Shown: positions 1 to 11,211 of the stretch, piece after piece
Numbering within the stretch: position 1 is the stretch's first letter
How the letters are laid out: every line of letters starts with the position of its first letter
Assembly: GCF_002113885.1 (NCBI RefSeq)
Contig: NW_018408787.1
Coordinates: 775,319 to 839,318 of the forward strand
Origin: Mizuhopecten yessoensis
Lineage: Eukaryota
Reading direction: 5' to 3'
DNA: 64,000 nt
Translations under genes and position numbers: made by a program
The notes under the pieces: model-generated
Databases searched by the model: none
What the model saw: the letters and a program-made list of their open reading frames with translations, nothing else
What the model was told of the DNA's origin: nothing

Positions 1-31
1 GATCCACTGAAAGGATTCGTCAATGTAAATA

Positions 32-191
32 TAAGGAATGATATTTATTTTTTCAACATTTATGAGGTCATAACAACAATGGGTTTTTGGACATATTTTA
101 CATGAATCGCTAACGCGATTCATTCAATATGTCCATAAACCCATTGTTGTTATGACCTCATAAATGTTGAAAAAATAAAAATCATTCCTTA
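32..191. mobile_element. Fully palindromic MITE (~160 bp) with ~10-bp target-site duplication, Mutator-like
   Basis: TAAGGAATGA...TCATTCCTTA inverted repeat spans the whole element. Flanks are AATGTAAATA (22-31) and AATGTAATTA (192-201), 9/10 identical. Confidence 0.85.
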
Positions 192-1218
192 AATGTAATT
201 AACAAAGAATCAACCGCTTCAATACAATCGAAACTGTTACAATCGTAGGTAACAAAAATCAAACTGTATAAAAACTGTACATGATATAACGTTACTTATA
301 ATGATTTGCTTACTTTCATGAATAATGATGAAAATATTAATATCACGCACAAGTTATTATTCAAAATCTTAACGTATTCTGAATGGAATAACATCTTCAA
401 AGCAAATAGGAATTTGAAATAAAACGCTAACACATACATAGTTTAAATATTTTAGACTCAAAGGTGGTTATGATTAAATTCCTTCTCCAGGCTAGCAGTA
501 TCTTTGAGAAAAAAAATTTTTTGACCTTAATTAACTGTCCGTGTGATTATATTTAATCAACAGCCAGTAAAGCCGATATATCTCGATGAATTGACATGAA
601 AGTAACATGCAGAGAAAGTTGAAAACATAAAAATACCTGTTAGAACTTTAACTACATGTTACTTTCCTTGCCCGTTTCCCCACAAATGTCGCGTTTTGGG
701 TAAGCTTACAGTTACGTTACGGTACACTGATTAACGGCAGAACATCTGTGAAGAAAATATTATTTCAGAACTTAGGCAAATTAGATTCCGAAGTATTTGT
801 TTAATTCATGTAAAACATGTATATGCCTCGTGTGTTTATAGTACCGAACCCATACAATGCAAAACGTCCATGAGGAAATAAATACAAAACTTGTATCCCG
901 ATTGGAACCTCAGGCAGAAGTTACGGATCACCGTCATTCAACTTGCCATTTAGAATGTCTCCAATCGTCCTTGACCTTTCGACCAGCATGACAAATACTA
1001 GGCTAAGCCACTACGGGATCAGGACCTAACGGTAACCTGTAAAACGTCGATGTTGATCGTTGTGAAACTCCTGAACATGCTGTAGCAAGGTATGAGCCTA
1101 AATGTAATAAAAGAAAAAGTCTAACACATCCGCCATGTCACGGTTAGATATAAAACATTTTAAAGGCTACAGTCATGATCATGTGACAATGAATGAATGT
1201 GTCCTAAATGATACATCC

Positions 1219-1347
1219 TAGCCCGAGTTTCCACTGGCCTTAACACCAGACTTAGACATTATGACACATAGATGTCTGGTGAAGGACCAGACATATATAT
1301 GTCAAAATGTCTAAGTCTAGTGTTAGGGCCAGAGGAAACTCGGACTG
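1219..1347. mobile_element. Palindromic MITE (TAGCCCGAGTTTCC family), degenerate 9-bp TSD
   Basis: TAGCCCGAGTTTCC...GGAAACTCGGACTG hairpin. Flanks GATACATCC / CATACGTCT match 6/9. A second copy lies at 58042-58128. It sits in the probable 5'UTR intron of gene 1. Confidence 0.8.
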
Positions 1348-1605
1348 CATACGTCTGTGTTACAATCTTAGTTATAGTTAACCCCTGTAAATAGTAAACA
1401 CACCTTGATGCATATGGGCTCATCCATATAAAGTATGGCTTATTAAGTAAAATGTTGCAAAAAGAATTATTGTTATTGAACCAACATGTATATGATTATG
1501 TCCGGTTTCTTTTACAGATATTACATCACTTAAATAACGGTTTTATTTATGAAAACATATTGCTTATCTTGTTACTTTATCCTCCAGACAATAACAGACT
1601 TCATC

Positions 1606-3192
1606 ATGCCAAGACGAAGGCTTCGGTCCCCTAGGACCAGGGTCCGATATGATTCACCAGATGATTGCTGTACCGGATGCTGTGCTACATGCTGCTGTTG
1701 CTGTTGTTGGAGCCGGGCGATGGTTGCGAGAAAATCAAGAATCAAGATGTTGTGGATGTATGTACTTATGATTGGACTTGTCATTGGTATAACGATAGGT
1801 GTTGTCTTCTATGGAAGCCTGTTCACTGATATTTCTGCATCAGACATGAAAGTGATAGACGGAAAGTTATCACATTTATTCTGCGATAGTGTTAATATTG
1901 ACACAGCTAATCCTACAAGTGACTTTGCCCCTTTTTCTGCATATATTGTGGGAACTCCACTCAAAATAGATCCAACTCACAAAGAAAATTATGGATTTCA
2001 ATTGAGTTTTGATTTTCATCAGCCATGGACATATGCTACCCGCCAGTTTTATCTACTGTCAGGGTCATCGGCCAAACTGTTTTGTCCTCAAGTTACTGGC
2101 ATCATGGGTGTTGTCATTATCAAAGGTCAGGCAAATTATACAGAATTTATACAAGATTCACCTAATTATCAATGCGTTGGATGTGAGTACGCACATGTTA
2201 TCTATAATGAACGACATTCTGGACCAAATTCCTGGACATTTTCTGACACTGATGAATACTTCTTTGTATTTATTGGTCAGGAATCATTGTGGGCATCGTG
2301 TGAACTTGATCTTACCAGGACAGCATACAAAACTGACATCAGTACATCCTCTTGCTACAAGGTAACCACTTGTGAGTTTAGTCTTGGTCTAGAAGAAAGC
2401 AATCCCCCCAAACAGATTATAGTGAAACTGGAGCCTGATAAGGTTGCGTCGGGTAAACGGTACATGTACTCGACCACGTCTATCCAGTCCACCTGTGTGG
2501 CCAGACTGTGGGTCTATATTGTCCTGTTTCTGTGTTGTCCAGGAATTGTTTGCATCATTTTAAGTGTACTTATCTACAAATTTTGTGCCGACCCTGTAGA
2601 AGATGATGATGATGATGATGATGATATTTCTGATGAACAGTCTCCGTTGCTATGGGACAGTGCCCCTAGTTATTCTGGAGTTGTGGTTACAGAACCTCCT
2701 AAATACGAGGACATAATGGCAGATAATGACAATCAATTACCTAGCTACGAAGAAGCTGTTGCATCCGGAACTTTTCCAGCAGGAAATTATGGAGCTGTAG
2801 GAAACGTGGGTATAAACCATTCAGAACCATTAAGGAACACTGATGTCCCTGTTAACCAGGCAGACAATCTGAGACATGTCAGCATCATTGATGTTGGTGC
2901 TACCAGCCGTGGACCTAATCAGGAGGCTAATGAAACAGATAACACCCAGGGACCTGAGTCTCTTAACAACTTCCCCGAAGTGTCCAGTAGTGTCAACCTC
3001 GACCAGACCAGCCGTGTGCTTGTGATGAATCTGTCTGATGATGTCCATACAGATGACCTTGTATCGCCCAGTGATGACCTTGAACCGTCCAGCAGTGACT
3101 TTGACTCCGACTCGTCTGACAGTGCCGATAGTGTTATCATAGACGATGGTTCAGAACAAGTCAGAAATACCTCTACAGATACGAGGAAATAG
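1606..3192 (+). CDS. APD1-4-like (DUF4792/4793-type) two-TM membrane protein with PY-motif tail, paralogue 1 (~528 aa)
   Basis: The ORF track starts at 1549, but a splice acceptor (CCTCCAG, AG at 1586-1587) precedes ATG 1606; candidate donor AAG|GTATGA at 1090. Order of features: Cys string CCTGCCATCCCCCCW, TM1, luminal domain with SASDM..LFCDSV and FYLLSGS..IIKG..DEYFFV, TM2, poly-Asp, EQSPLL, PPKY, LPSY, then a long acidic/Ser tail. Confidence 0.85.
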   Translation: MPRRRLRSPRTRVRYDSPDDCCTGCCATCCCCCCWSRAMVARKSRIKMLWMYVLMIGLVIGITIGVVFYGSLFTDISASDMKVIDGKLSHLFCDSVNIDTANPTSDFAPFSAYIVGTPLKIDPTHKENYGFQLSFDFHQPWTYATRQFYLLSGSSAKLFCPQVTGIMGVVIIKGQANYTEFIQDSPNYQCVGCEYAHVIYNERHSGPNSWTFSDTDEYFFVFIGQESLWASCELDLTRTAYKTDISTSSCYKVTTCEFSLGLEESNPPKQIIVKLEPDKVASGKRYMYSTTSIQSTCVARLWVYIVLFLCCPGIVCIILSVLIYKFCADPVEDDDDDDDDISDEQSPLLWDSAPSYSGVVVTEPPKYEDIMADNDNQLPSYEEAVASGTFPAGNYGAVGNVGINHSEPLRNTDVPVNQADNLRHVSIIDVGATSRGPNQEANETDNTQGPESLNNFPEVSSSVNLDQTSRVLVMNLSDDVHTDDLVSPSDDLEPSSSDFDSDSSDSADSVIIDDGSEQVRNTSTDTRK

Positions 3193-3383
3193 TTCTGCAG
3201 AGACAGGTCCTGAGCAATTTTTATTTATTTATGAAACTGAGCAGTAGAAGGGAGATAACTTGTTATATATAATAATTCTTGTTATGCCTTATGGTTTAAA
3301 TGTTGTTTCTTAAGTTGAGATCGAAAAATATCAAAAAGATTTAGATGTGTTAATGTTTTGCATATAGTTGACATGGGGTTGCA

Positions 3384-5010
3384 TTTTTAGCTCACCTGGT
3401 CCGAAGGACCATGGTGAGCTTATGCCATACCGCAGCGTCCGTCGTCCGTCCATCAACTTTTCCTTTAAAATGTACTAGTCCTGAACGGCCTAGTACATTT
3501 TGACTAAATTTGGTCTTGAGTATCCTTAGGCCAAGGGGACTCAATTTTGTATAAACGGTGGGTGTGGCCCCCCTGGGGGCAGAGGGGCGGGGCCCAGTAG
3601 GGGAAATAGAGGTAAAACCTTGAAAATCCTTCTTCTCCCGTAGGGATTAAAGAATTTTATCCTTATTTAGTCTGGAGCATCCTTGGGCCAAGGGGACTCA
3701 AATTTGTATAGACGGTGGGTGTGGCCCCCCTGGGGGCAGAGGGGCATTGCCCAATTGGGGAAATAGAGGTAAAACCTTGAAAATCCTTCTTCTACCGCAG
3801 GGATTAAAGGATTTTATCCGAATTTAGTCTGGAGCATCCTTTGGCCAAGGGGACTCAATTTTGTATAAATGGTGGGTGTGGCCCCCCTGGGGGCTAGGGG
3901 ACGGGGCCCAATAGGGGAAACATAGCAAATTATTCTTTAAAATCCTTCTTCTTCTGTAGGAATGATTTTTTTTACCATATTTGGTCTGAAGCATCCTTGG
4001 GTGAAGGGGAACCAATTTTGTATAAAACATGGGTCTGGCCCCTCAGGGGCCTGATGGGCGGGCCCAATAGGGGAAACATAGCAAATTATTCTTTAAAATC
4101 CTTCTTCTTCTGTAGGAATGAAAGGATTTGGTCCATATTTGGTGTGGAGCATCCTTGGGTAAAGGGGAACCAATTTTGTATAAACGGTGGGTGTGGCCCC
4201 CTCGGACCTGAGAGGCGGGGCCCAATAGGGGAAATAGAAGTAAAACCTTTATAATCCTTCTTCTACCATATGGATTGAGGGATTTTATCCTAATTTAGTC
4301 TGGAGCATCCTTGGACAAAAGGGACTCAATTTCTTATAAACAGCGAGTGTGGCCCACCTGGGGACAGAAGGGAGGGGCCCAATAGGGGAAACATAGCAAA
4401 TTCTTCAAATACCTTCTTCTTCTGTACGAATGACAGGATTTTGTCCAAATTTGGTATGAAGCATCATTGGGTGAAGGAGAACCAATTTTGTATAAACGGT
4501 GTGTCTAACCCCCCTGGAGGCAGAGAGGCGGGGCCCAATAGGGGAAATAGAGGTAAAACCTTTAAAATCCTTCTTTTACCATAGGGATTAAGGGATTTTA
4601 TCCTAATTTAGTTTGGAGCATCCTTGGGCCAAGGGGACTCAATTTTGTATATGCAGTGGGTGTGGTCTCCCAGGGGGCAGAAGGGCGGGGGCCAATAGGA
4701 GAAAGAGAGGTAAAACCTTTTAAATCCTTCTTCGACCATCGAAATAAAGGGATTTTTTCCATATTTAGTCTGGAGCATCCTTGGACAAAGGGGTCTCAAT
4801 TTTGTATAATTGGTGGGTATGACCCCCCTAGGGGCATAGGGGTGGGGCTCTGTTTGAAGTTTGTTCTGCTTTATCTCAAGTACTGGATGGATCTTTCTGA
4901 AATTTCATATGTACTTACAGCACCTACCATGGATTGCTATATCTTTACTTCATACTAATTATTTTAAACATATTCAGGTGAGCGATACAGGCCTTCTGGG
5001 CCTCTTGTTT
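3384..5010 (+). mobile_element. Non-autonomous Helentron-type element (HINE) carrying an internal ~157-bp tandem array (~8-9 units)
   Basis: 5' end TTTTTAGCTCACCTG with a short palindrome and a (GTCC)n-like microsatellite. 3' end CAGGTGAGCGA (4975-4985), hairpin AGGCCTTCTGGGCCT, then CTTGTT in a T-rich site. The unit GGCCAAGGGGACTCAATTTTGTATAAACGGTGGGTGTGG recurs every ~157 bp. Confidence 0.85.
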
Positions 5011-5099
5011 TTTATTTTACAAAGGGAAAAATATTTAACATTTCAGAGACCTGTATTAATGTCTACACAGTTACCCCTCAAAAATACTGTTAATGTTAA

Positions 5100-5870
5100 T
5101 TAGCACACCTGCCAAAAGGATGTAACCTTCCATTGGGCAGAGGGACATAACCCATTCGGAAATATCACATACCAGGTACATGTAGAGGCAGATCTTTAAA
5201 GTCCTACTCCTTTAGTACAGGTATGGTGATTTATTAGGTATAATTAAGGATCTTTAGGCCAAGGGATTTAGTTTTATAAATGTATGTTAGGAGGAGGATG
5301 TGCCCTACCTGGGGCAGAAGAGTGTATTGTGATGGGGGTATATCTCTAAAAGTCGTTCTATTCTAACAGTTTGGCTGAAGGAATTTAACCGAACTTGGTG
5401 TAAGGTATTTGCTATCCCAATGACTGAATTTTGTATAAAAGAAGGATGTACATACTCATAGACCCTTGGGAGCAGAGGGACAGGGTCCATTTTGGGAAGT
5501 TAGCTTTTAAGACTACTGAAAAGATTTATTCTAATTTGGTAGAAAGGATCCATTGACAGAAGTGGACACATTATTTTATAAACACTAAGTGACAAAGTCT
5601 AACAGTGGTAAATGTGTAGAGGTGGAGGATTACGCCTTCAGTGGAGATGATTCCTTGGGTCAAAGAAGGTTTGTTAGACAAGATTATAAAGAGTGGGGAC
5701 ATAATAGTTCCAAGTATAACATAGGATATCGGCTAAAACAAAGTAATTGAACACCTCCATTGGTTCATTCCTCTTCATGTTAGCCTGAATTTATTTAGCT
5801 CTTTTGAAATGCTCGTGTTACAAAGTAATTTAAGTAAAGAGCAGGCTATGTATTCAGACCATAGGGCCTT
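5100..5870. repeat. Decayed remnant of a related HINE-type satellite
   Basis: Degenerate versions of the GGCCAAGGGATT..TTTATAAA and AATTTTGTATAAA motifs, with a similar layout to the adjacent element. Confidence 0.4.
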
Positions 5871-6368
5871 TTCTATCTGGCTATTTTATATATTAATACT
5901 ATTTTTTATTGTTAAATCAGATTTTATTTTCTTTGTGTTTGAATGATCAAACCATTTATTATCAATGTGGAAATTTTCTCTTTTTTTTAAATTTATTGCA
6001 TAAAAAATACCCTCCTCCCTATAGATAAAAAAATGTGTGAGTGCCTATTTTCTAGCTGATGGCAGTAATGTCAGAGGAAATGTTAGAGAAACATTCTGCA
6101 TTGTAAAATGTTACAGTTGATTTTGTCTGTGATTGCTTATTTTGTGATATTATTGATTTAAGGTCATCATTGTCATTGTAATTTGAACTTCATTATGACA
6201 ATCTATGTATTTGAACATTTAAAACAATATACCTGAACATTGATCAGATATGATTTAGTCAGTATAACAATTCAGACTTGAATCAGCCAGTCATTAATGG
6301 CATATATAAACAGTAGGTCTATATTACATTCAATAGATCATATGAATTATAGTCTTTTTCACCTGGAA

Positions 6369-6760
6369 CATCCTCCATACTCCAGGGGCTGAACTCACTA
6401 AATGCCCTCTGCACCCTTGGAACATGTCAAAGCCAAATTGTCAGCATGGGGCTAGCTATTGGATTTGTCTGGGTGAAAACACCTGACCGATCGGTGAAAA
6501 CACCTGACCAATCGCTAAGGCTGATTCCTGTCCTTTGAAGATTACAGAAGAGCTTCACCAAACTCCAAAGCCAGTCAATTTTACCTTACACTACCAAAAG
6601 ATTCTTGTTTAGATATGTATATTAAAAGATCAAACTAGTCTTTTTGTCTCATCCACAAGGTGGCACACATTGAGCCTTCAAAAACTAAATCTTGAGTGTC
6701 ATGACAAAAACCAGTGGTGCAGAGAACGTAAGTGGGTATAACCCCTGAGTATAGAGTATG
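6369..6760. mobile_element. MITE with perfect 9-bp TSD (Mutator-like)
   Basis: TIRs CATCCTCCATACTCCAGGGGCTGAACTCACT / AGTGGGTATAACCCCTGAGTATAGAGTATG. CACCTGGAA is duplicated at 6360-6368 and 6761-6769. Confidence 0.85.
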
Positions 6761-7677
6761 CACCTGGAATCATGAGTGCAGATAACCCATTCATTTACAT
6801 ATTCATTGATTTGAAAAAAAAAATGTTTTGTACATATTTTGAAATATATATCCTCATAGCGTAATTATATAAATGTAAAACACATTTAGGATCTGCTAGT
6901 ATGACTTAAAATTATTTTAATGTGCCTTTTATTGGAACATCCATAAATGAATAAAGGTAAACAAATATCTGGCAGAATTATCAGAGGTCACAGTGTTCAC
7001 CTTACCTGATCATACAAGCAAGGAAAAGGGTGAATTATTTTGCGTTGTCGGTGTTCACTGAAGAAAGGTCAGTTATGTACAAGTAGACCCTATCTTGAGA
7101 AAATGTTATGTTATGAAAGGTATATATGGTGGTTACCATATTGGTAAAAAAAGAACAATAAGAAAGTAAAACATGGAAATATGGTAACAGGTTTTTTCAC
7201 CATTCCTACATATTATACTTTAATTATATAATGTATAAATGTATTGTATTTGTAATCTTTATGCATCCTTACAGTCACTGCATCTAAAGGTACATTAAAA
7301 TATTGGTGACCAGGTATGGATCCTTTATTGATAAAAACAAAATAGAAAAAGAAAGAGAAAAAAATCTCACAGTTTCATGTTTAATTAATCCCAGGTCAAG
7401 GCACATCTAACAGAGTATGCTATGCATTTAAAAACCAGAAACTATGTCAGTATTCAGGTCAAAAATAAACAGATTCCATTTTGTAAGTGCACTTGTAGCT
7501 CTGTATATATAATACCTAACTTTATGCCAGTCTTAAGATTTACATTGCAATGCATAGGTGTATGTTTATTTATTATAAGATGCAGATTAGAATGGCGGAA
7601 TAGAACCTCGTAATTACAAGTAAATATAAGGTATGGAATCTTGTATTGAATAGATCTTTTAGGAAACATAACTCTTC

Positions 7678-8030
7678 TGTGACAGGAGAGGACAAATGTA
7701 CGATCAGACTGGGATTCGAACCAAGGGCCCTCAGATCTCTAGACGGAAGCTCTCCCAATTGAGCTACCTGGTCGCCAGCAAATGACCAAGCCCAATTCCA
7801 CTACACTCCTCCTCCCTCCTTTTTCGAAGTCTTTAACCATGTAAACATCATTATTTACAAACCAGTCTCAGGTTAGGGTATCCCCTTTCCAAGCATACAC
7901 CAAACGCTTGAAAAAAGTTGGCAAGCCCCCGAATGTATTAAAAGGAGGAAAAGAATGTACAGCCAGACCTGATAATTCGAATTGAAGACCCTCCAAACTC
8001 TTGACAGACGCTCTACCAACTGAGCTACCA
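7678..8030 (-). mobile_element. Miniature non-autonomous LTR retroelement (TRIM) with tRNA-like LTRs, Helenus-like
   Basis: Minus-strand order: truncated 5' LTR 8030-7934 ending ..ATACA; PBS-like TTCGGGGGCTTGCC; ~95 bp spacer; PPT AAAAGGAGGGAGGAGGAG (7824-7806); 3' LTR TGTAGTGG...TGTCACA (7805-7678). Both LTRs contain an A box (TAGCTCARTTGG) and a B-box-like TTCGAAT. Confidence 0.75.
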
Positions 8031-8125
8031 AAATAGTAACAAATTTTTGCAGAAACTTTAATAAAAGTTAAAATGTTGGAAATGTATGCTAAAACAACTC
8101 AACATTTTTGGGAGAATAACATTAG

Positions 8126-8380
8126 CATACTTGCCAACCATCCCTATTTAGGTGGGAGACTCCCAAATTTCGGACCCTTAAATTTCGCATTTTCAACCAA
8201 TGAATTTGCTAAACTATTCCTACATACAAAGGTATAATGATTTCATCTGAAAGAACAACTCAAAATATGACTTTGAAAGGGTTATTTTGTCTCTGGGGGT
8301 ATACACACACATTTTATAGGTTTTAATTTAGAGTGTGCTGAATCTCCCAAATGGAAATTTCAAAATGTTGGAAAACTATG
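8126..8380. mobile_element. Possible non-autonomous DNA transposon
   Basis: Imperfect TIRs CATACTTGCCAAC / GTTGGAAAACTATG. No clear TSD. Confidence 0.4.
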
Positions 8381-9589
8381 GATAATTTATTAGTTTAATC
8401 AGCAATATGTAATTACTGTGCATCCTAAATATAGCATGCCATTCAAACATTGTCACTTAGGCAATATGTTCCATGATCATGAAAACCTTATCTATGCTAA
8501 TACATGATTTTAAATGTATAAAGCTATCAGCAGAGGATTTTTGTAAGTCCTATATAACCGGAATTAACTTTGTGTACTCAACATCAGCAGATCAGGGCAA
8601 TATATATATATGTGTAGTAATTCTTGTTTAAACAGAGCAATGCATAGTCTAGGAACTCCTATAAACCGGAACTACAAATTATCATTGATCCAAAAACATA
8701 GATGTTCTTTTAGACATAGATTTTGGTATATAATGTAAGATATGTTTTGCATTAATTGACAAAGTTGACTTGGAATTCAAATATCCTTCATTCGCACACA
8801 CTTAACATCTTAAACACTAAACAGGGATATTGAAATTGCTTTTGTAAGGAACTTGTTTGTGAATTAGTTTTATTGATACATCTATATAATTAAAGACAGC
8901 AGAGTCTAAAGAACAACAGGAACGATCGTCTAGAAGAATCCTTATTTGATCTGTCATGTAGTGCTAGCACAATACACGATTTATTAGCTTATTACTGAAA
9001 CAACAAATAAATCATCTAGTGTTTAGAAATATGTTAAAGACAAGCCAAGGTCACTACCACACTCACCGAAAAGGTCGTAAATTCATAATACGTTATAATT
9101 TCACTTTGTTGAGAAGATACATAGTGCCAGATTTTGTTTACATTAAATACATTTTGGATATGATATAGACATATAATGTAATATTAACACATTTGTATAA
9201 GTACAACATATGAAAGTAGAATATTTGTTCACTTCCATATAATTATTTTAATCATATTCAGTGTTCATGACCCGTTTATCCATGTTTATTAAAGGAGAAA
9301 AAAACAATTAACTATTGAATATTTGAGAGAAGATCAAAATGTTCACACTGAGTTTAGAAGTAGGAATAACATAAGACATACTGTACAGCACTACTCGTTT
9401 ATATACATTTTAGTACTGTATTGCAACATTTGAAGTATCAAGCAATCTGTAGGAACGTCATCAAATGTTTTAAACTTGTTCTCACAATTAAACTCCACCA
9501 CGAGGTAAATGTTTAGTCTAAGTCACACATTTACATCATTTAAATTATCAATATTTTCAGCCAGTAGATACATATACAATGTAAGCATG

Positions 9590-9940
9590 CAACTACGTGG
9601 GTATGTAACTGATATACCTTCACATATATGAACTAACGATGTGTATTTACATGTTTATATTGTCCCCGTGCATTCGATTGACGTACCTACACACGTGCAT
9701 GTGACTGATATAATCCACGTGTATGTGACTGATTTAAGTTTATGTGATCGATATAAACCACGTGTGTATGTTACTGATATAAGTACACGTATGAATGAGT
9801 GATGCATCTACACATGTTAATATCGCCCGTGTGCATGCGATTGGCGTACCTACACACGTGCATGTGACTGATATAATCCACGTGTGTACGTAACTGATAT
9901 ATGTGCACGTGTGAATGAGTGATGTATCTATATATGCTTA
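9590..9940. repeat. Degenerate minisatellite with an internal larger duplication
   Basis: Recurrent CACGTG..TGTGACTGATATA. The block CGTACCTACACACGTGCATGTGACTGATATAATCCACGTGT occurs twice. Confidence 0.6.
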
Positions 9941-10743
9941 TGTAATGTAAAACTGTTATAAAATCATCTGTTTGGCAATGATTTTAAATGATATCTTATT
10001 TGTACATAAACAACATATTACTACGCTTTGGAACCAGCTGGTATTTTGTAAAGCTAGGACGAGATTAACGGTACGTTTTATTGACAGGTTGTCATTCTGT
10101 CTACATCCCTATGACTGATCACAGGTACTTGGCGTCATACGATGTAAAACAAATAAGCCAAAGAAAGGCCCTTTTATTTTCCTTCATTCTAGATTTTGTT
10201 ATTTGGAATTGCACCTTTTTATCCCCTTTCATCACCGATAAGTTATAGAAGGGCAAAACAGATGTATGGTGCAGTGTAATTCGGGTTTTTTGGCAAACTG
10301 TATCATTTACCAAATTTTGCACCAATCAACTTGTGTGTGTGTGTGTTACGTTCTATCTGAATGATGTTAGTACACACACGGGTGGAGTAACGTATTATTA
10401 CATGATATGACTCTGATGTAACTGTAGACGTGAACGTATGGTTACGTGTGTTTTATGTAAAAGTGAGTGATTTTGTTTGATTAAAGACTGGTATTATTTA
10501 AATATTAAATATCTAGCCTCTCAAGTCTTTCATTACCAATGTACATTACTATTTATGTTATGTTTTCAATCAAATAAATACTGATAACTTCGTCTAAATT
10601 GTTTTCGGGGTTCATTAATTTGGATTAGAAGTATACTATATATAGGTACAAAATGTATCCGAGGAGAGAGTAGAGGGGTATCAAATTGCCTAGGAATTTC
10701 CAATTGAAGAAATCATGAAACAAAATGTGTATGAAGAAAAAAC

Positions 10744-10850
10744 ATTTACATTGAGACCCTTGAACAAGAAGAATCGATAAAATATTTACATTGAGACCCT
10801 TGAACAAGAAGAATGGATAAAATATTTACATTGAGACCCTATAACAAGAA
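10744..10850. repeat. ~40-bp tandem repeat, ~2.7 copies
   Basis: ATTTACATTGAGACCCTTGAACAAGAAGAATCGATAAAAT repeated. Confidence 0.85.
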
Positions 10851-11211
10851 CAATAACGCAAGGTGTTCGTTGTCATGATATTCGGAGCACGCTTTTAATA
10901 CAGATTCACGATCGGAAAGTCGACATCACTCTCTCGCAGTGTCCATGGTGAGGCGTAGGTTTGCACACAATGCATCAGTACCTTGACATTTACATTTAAG
11001 TTGGTAGACAAATCTTAACATAAGAGCGGGTGCTCTGCATGTCCAGCATTTCTGGCCGAAATATGGAATCCGTGAATTTAGGTACTTTGTAAGCCGAGGT
11101 ACATAACCATGATGTAGTCATGACTTCAAGTTCTTCATGGAAATAAAAAAAAGTACTCCTTTTATGATTTCAGGATTCCATTTAACACCAATGGAAAACT
11201 GTCTTCAATGC

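Noticed and set aside
7702-7773. Functional tRNA gene
   Set aside because: The anticodon and T stems are mismatched, and the sequence sits inside an LTR-like repeat with PBS and PPT.
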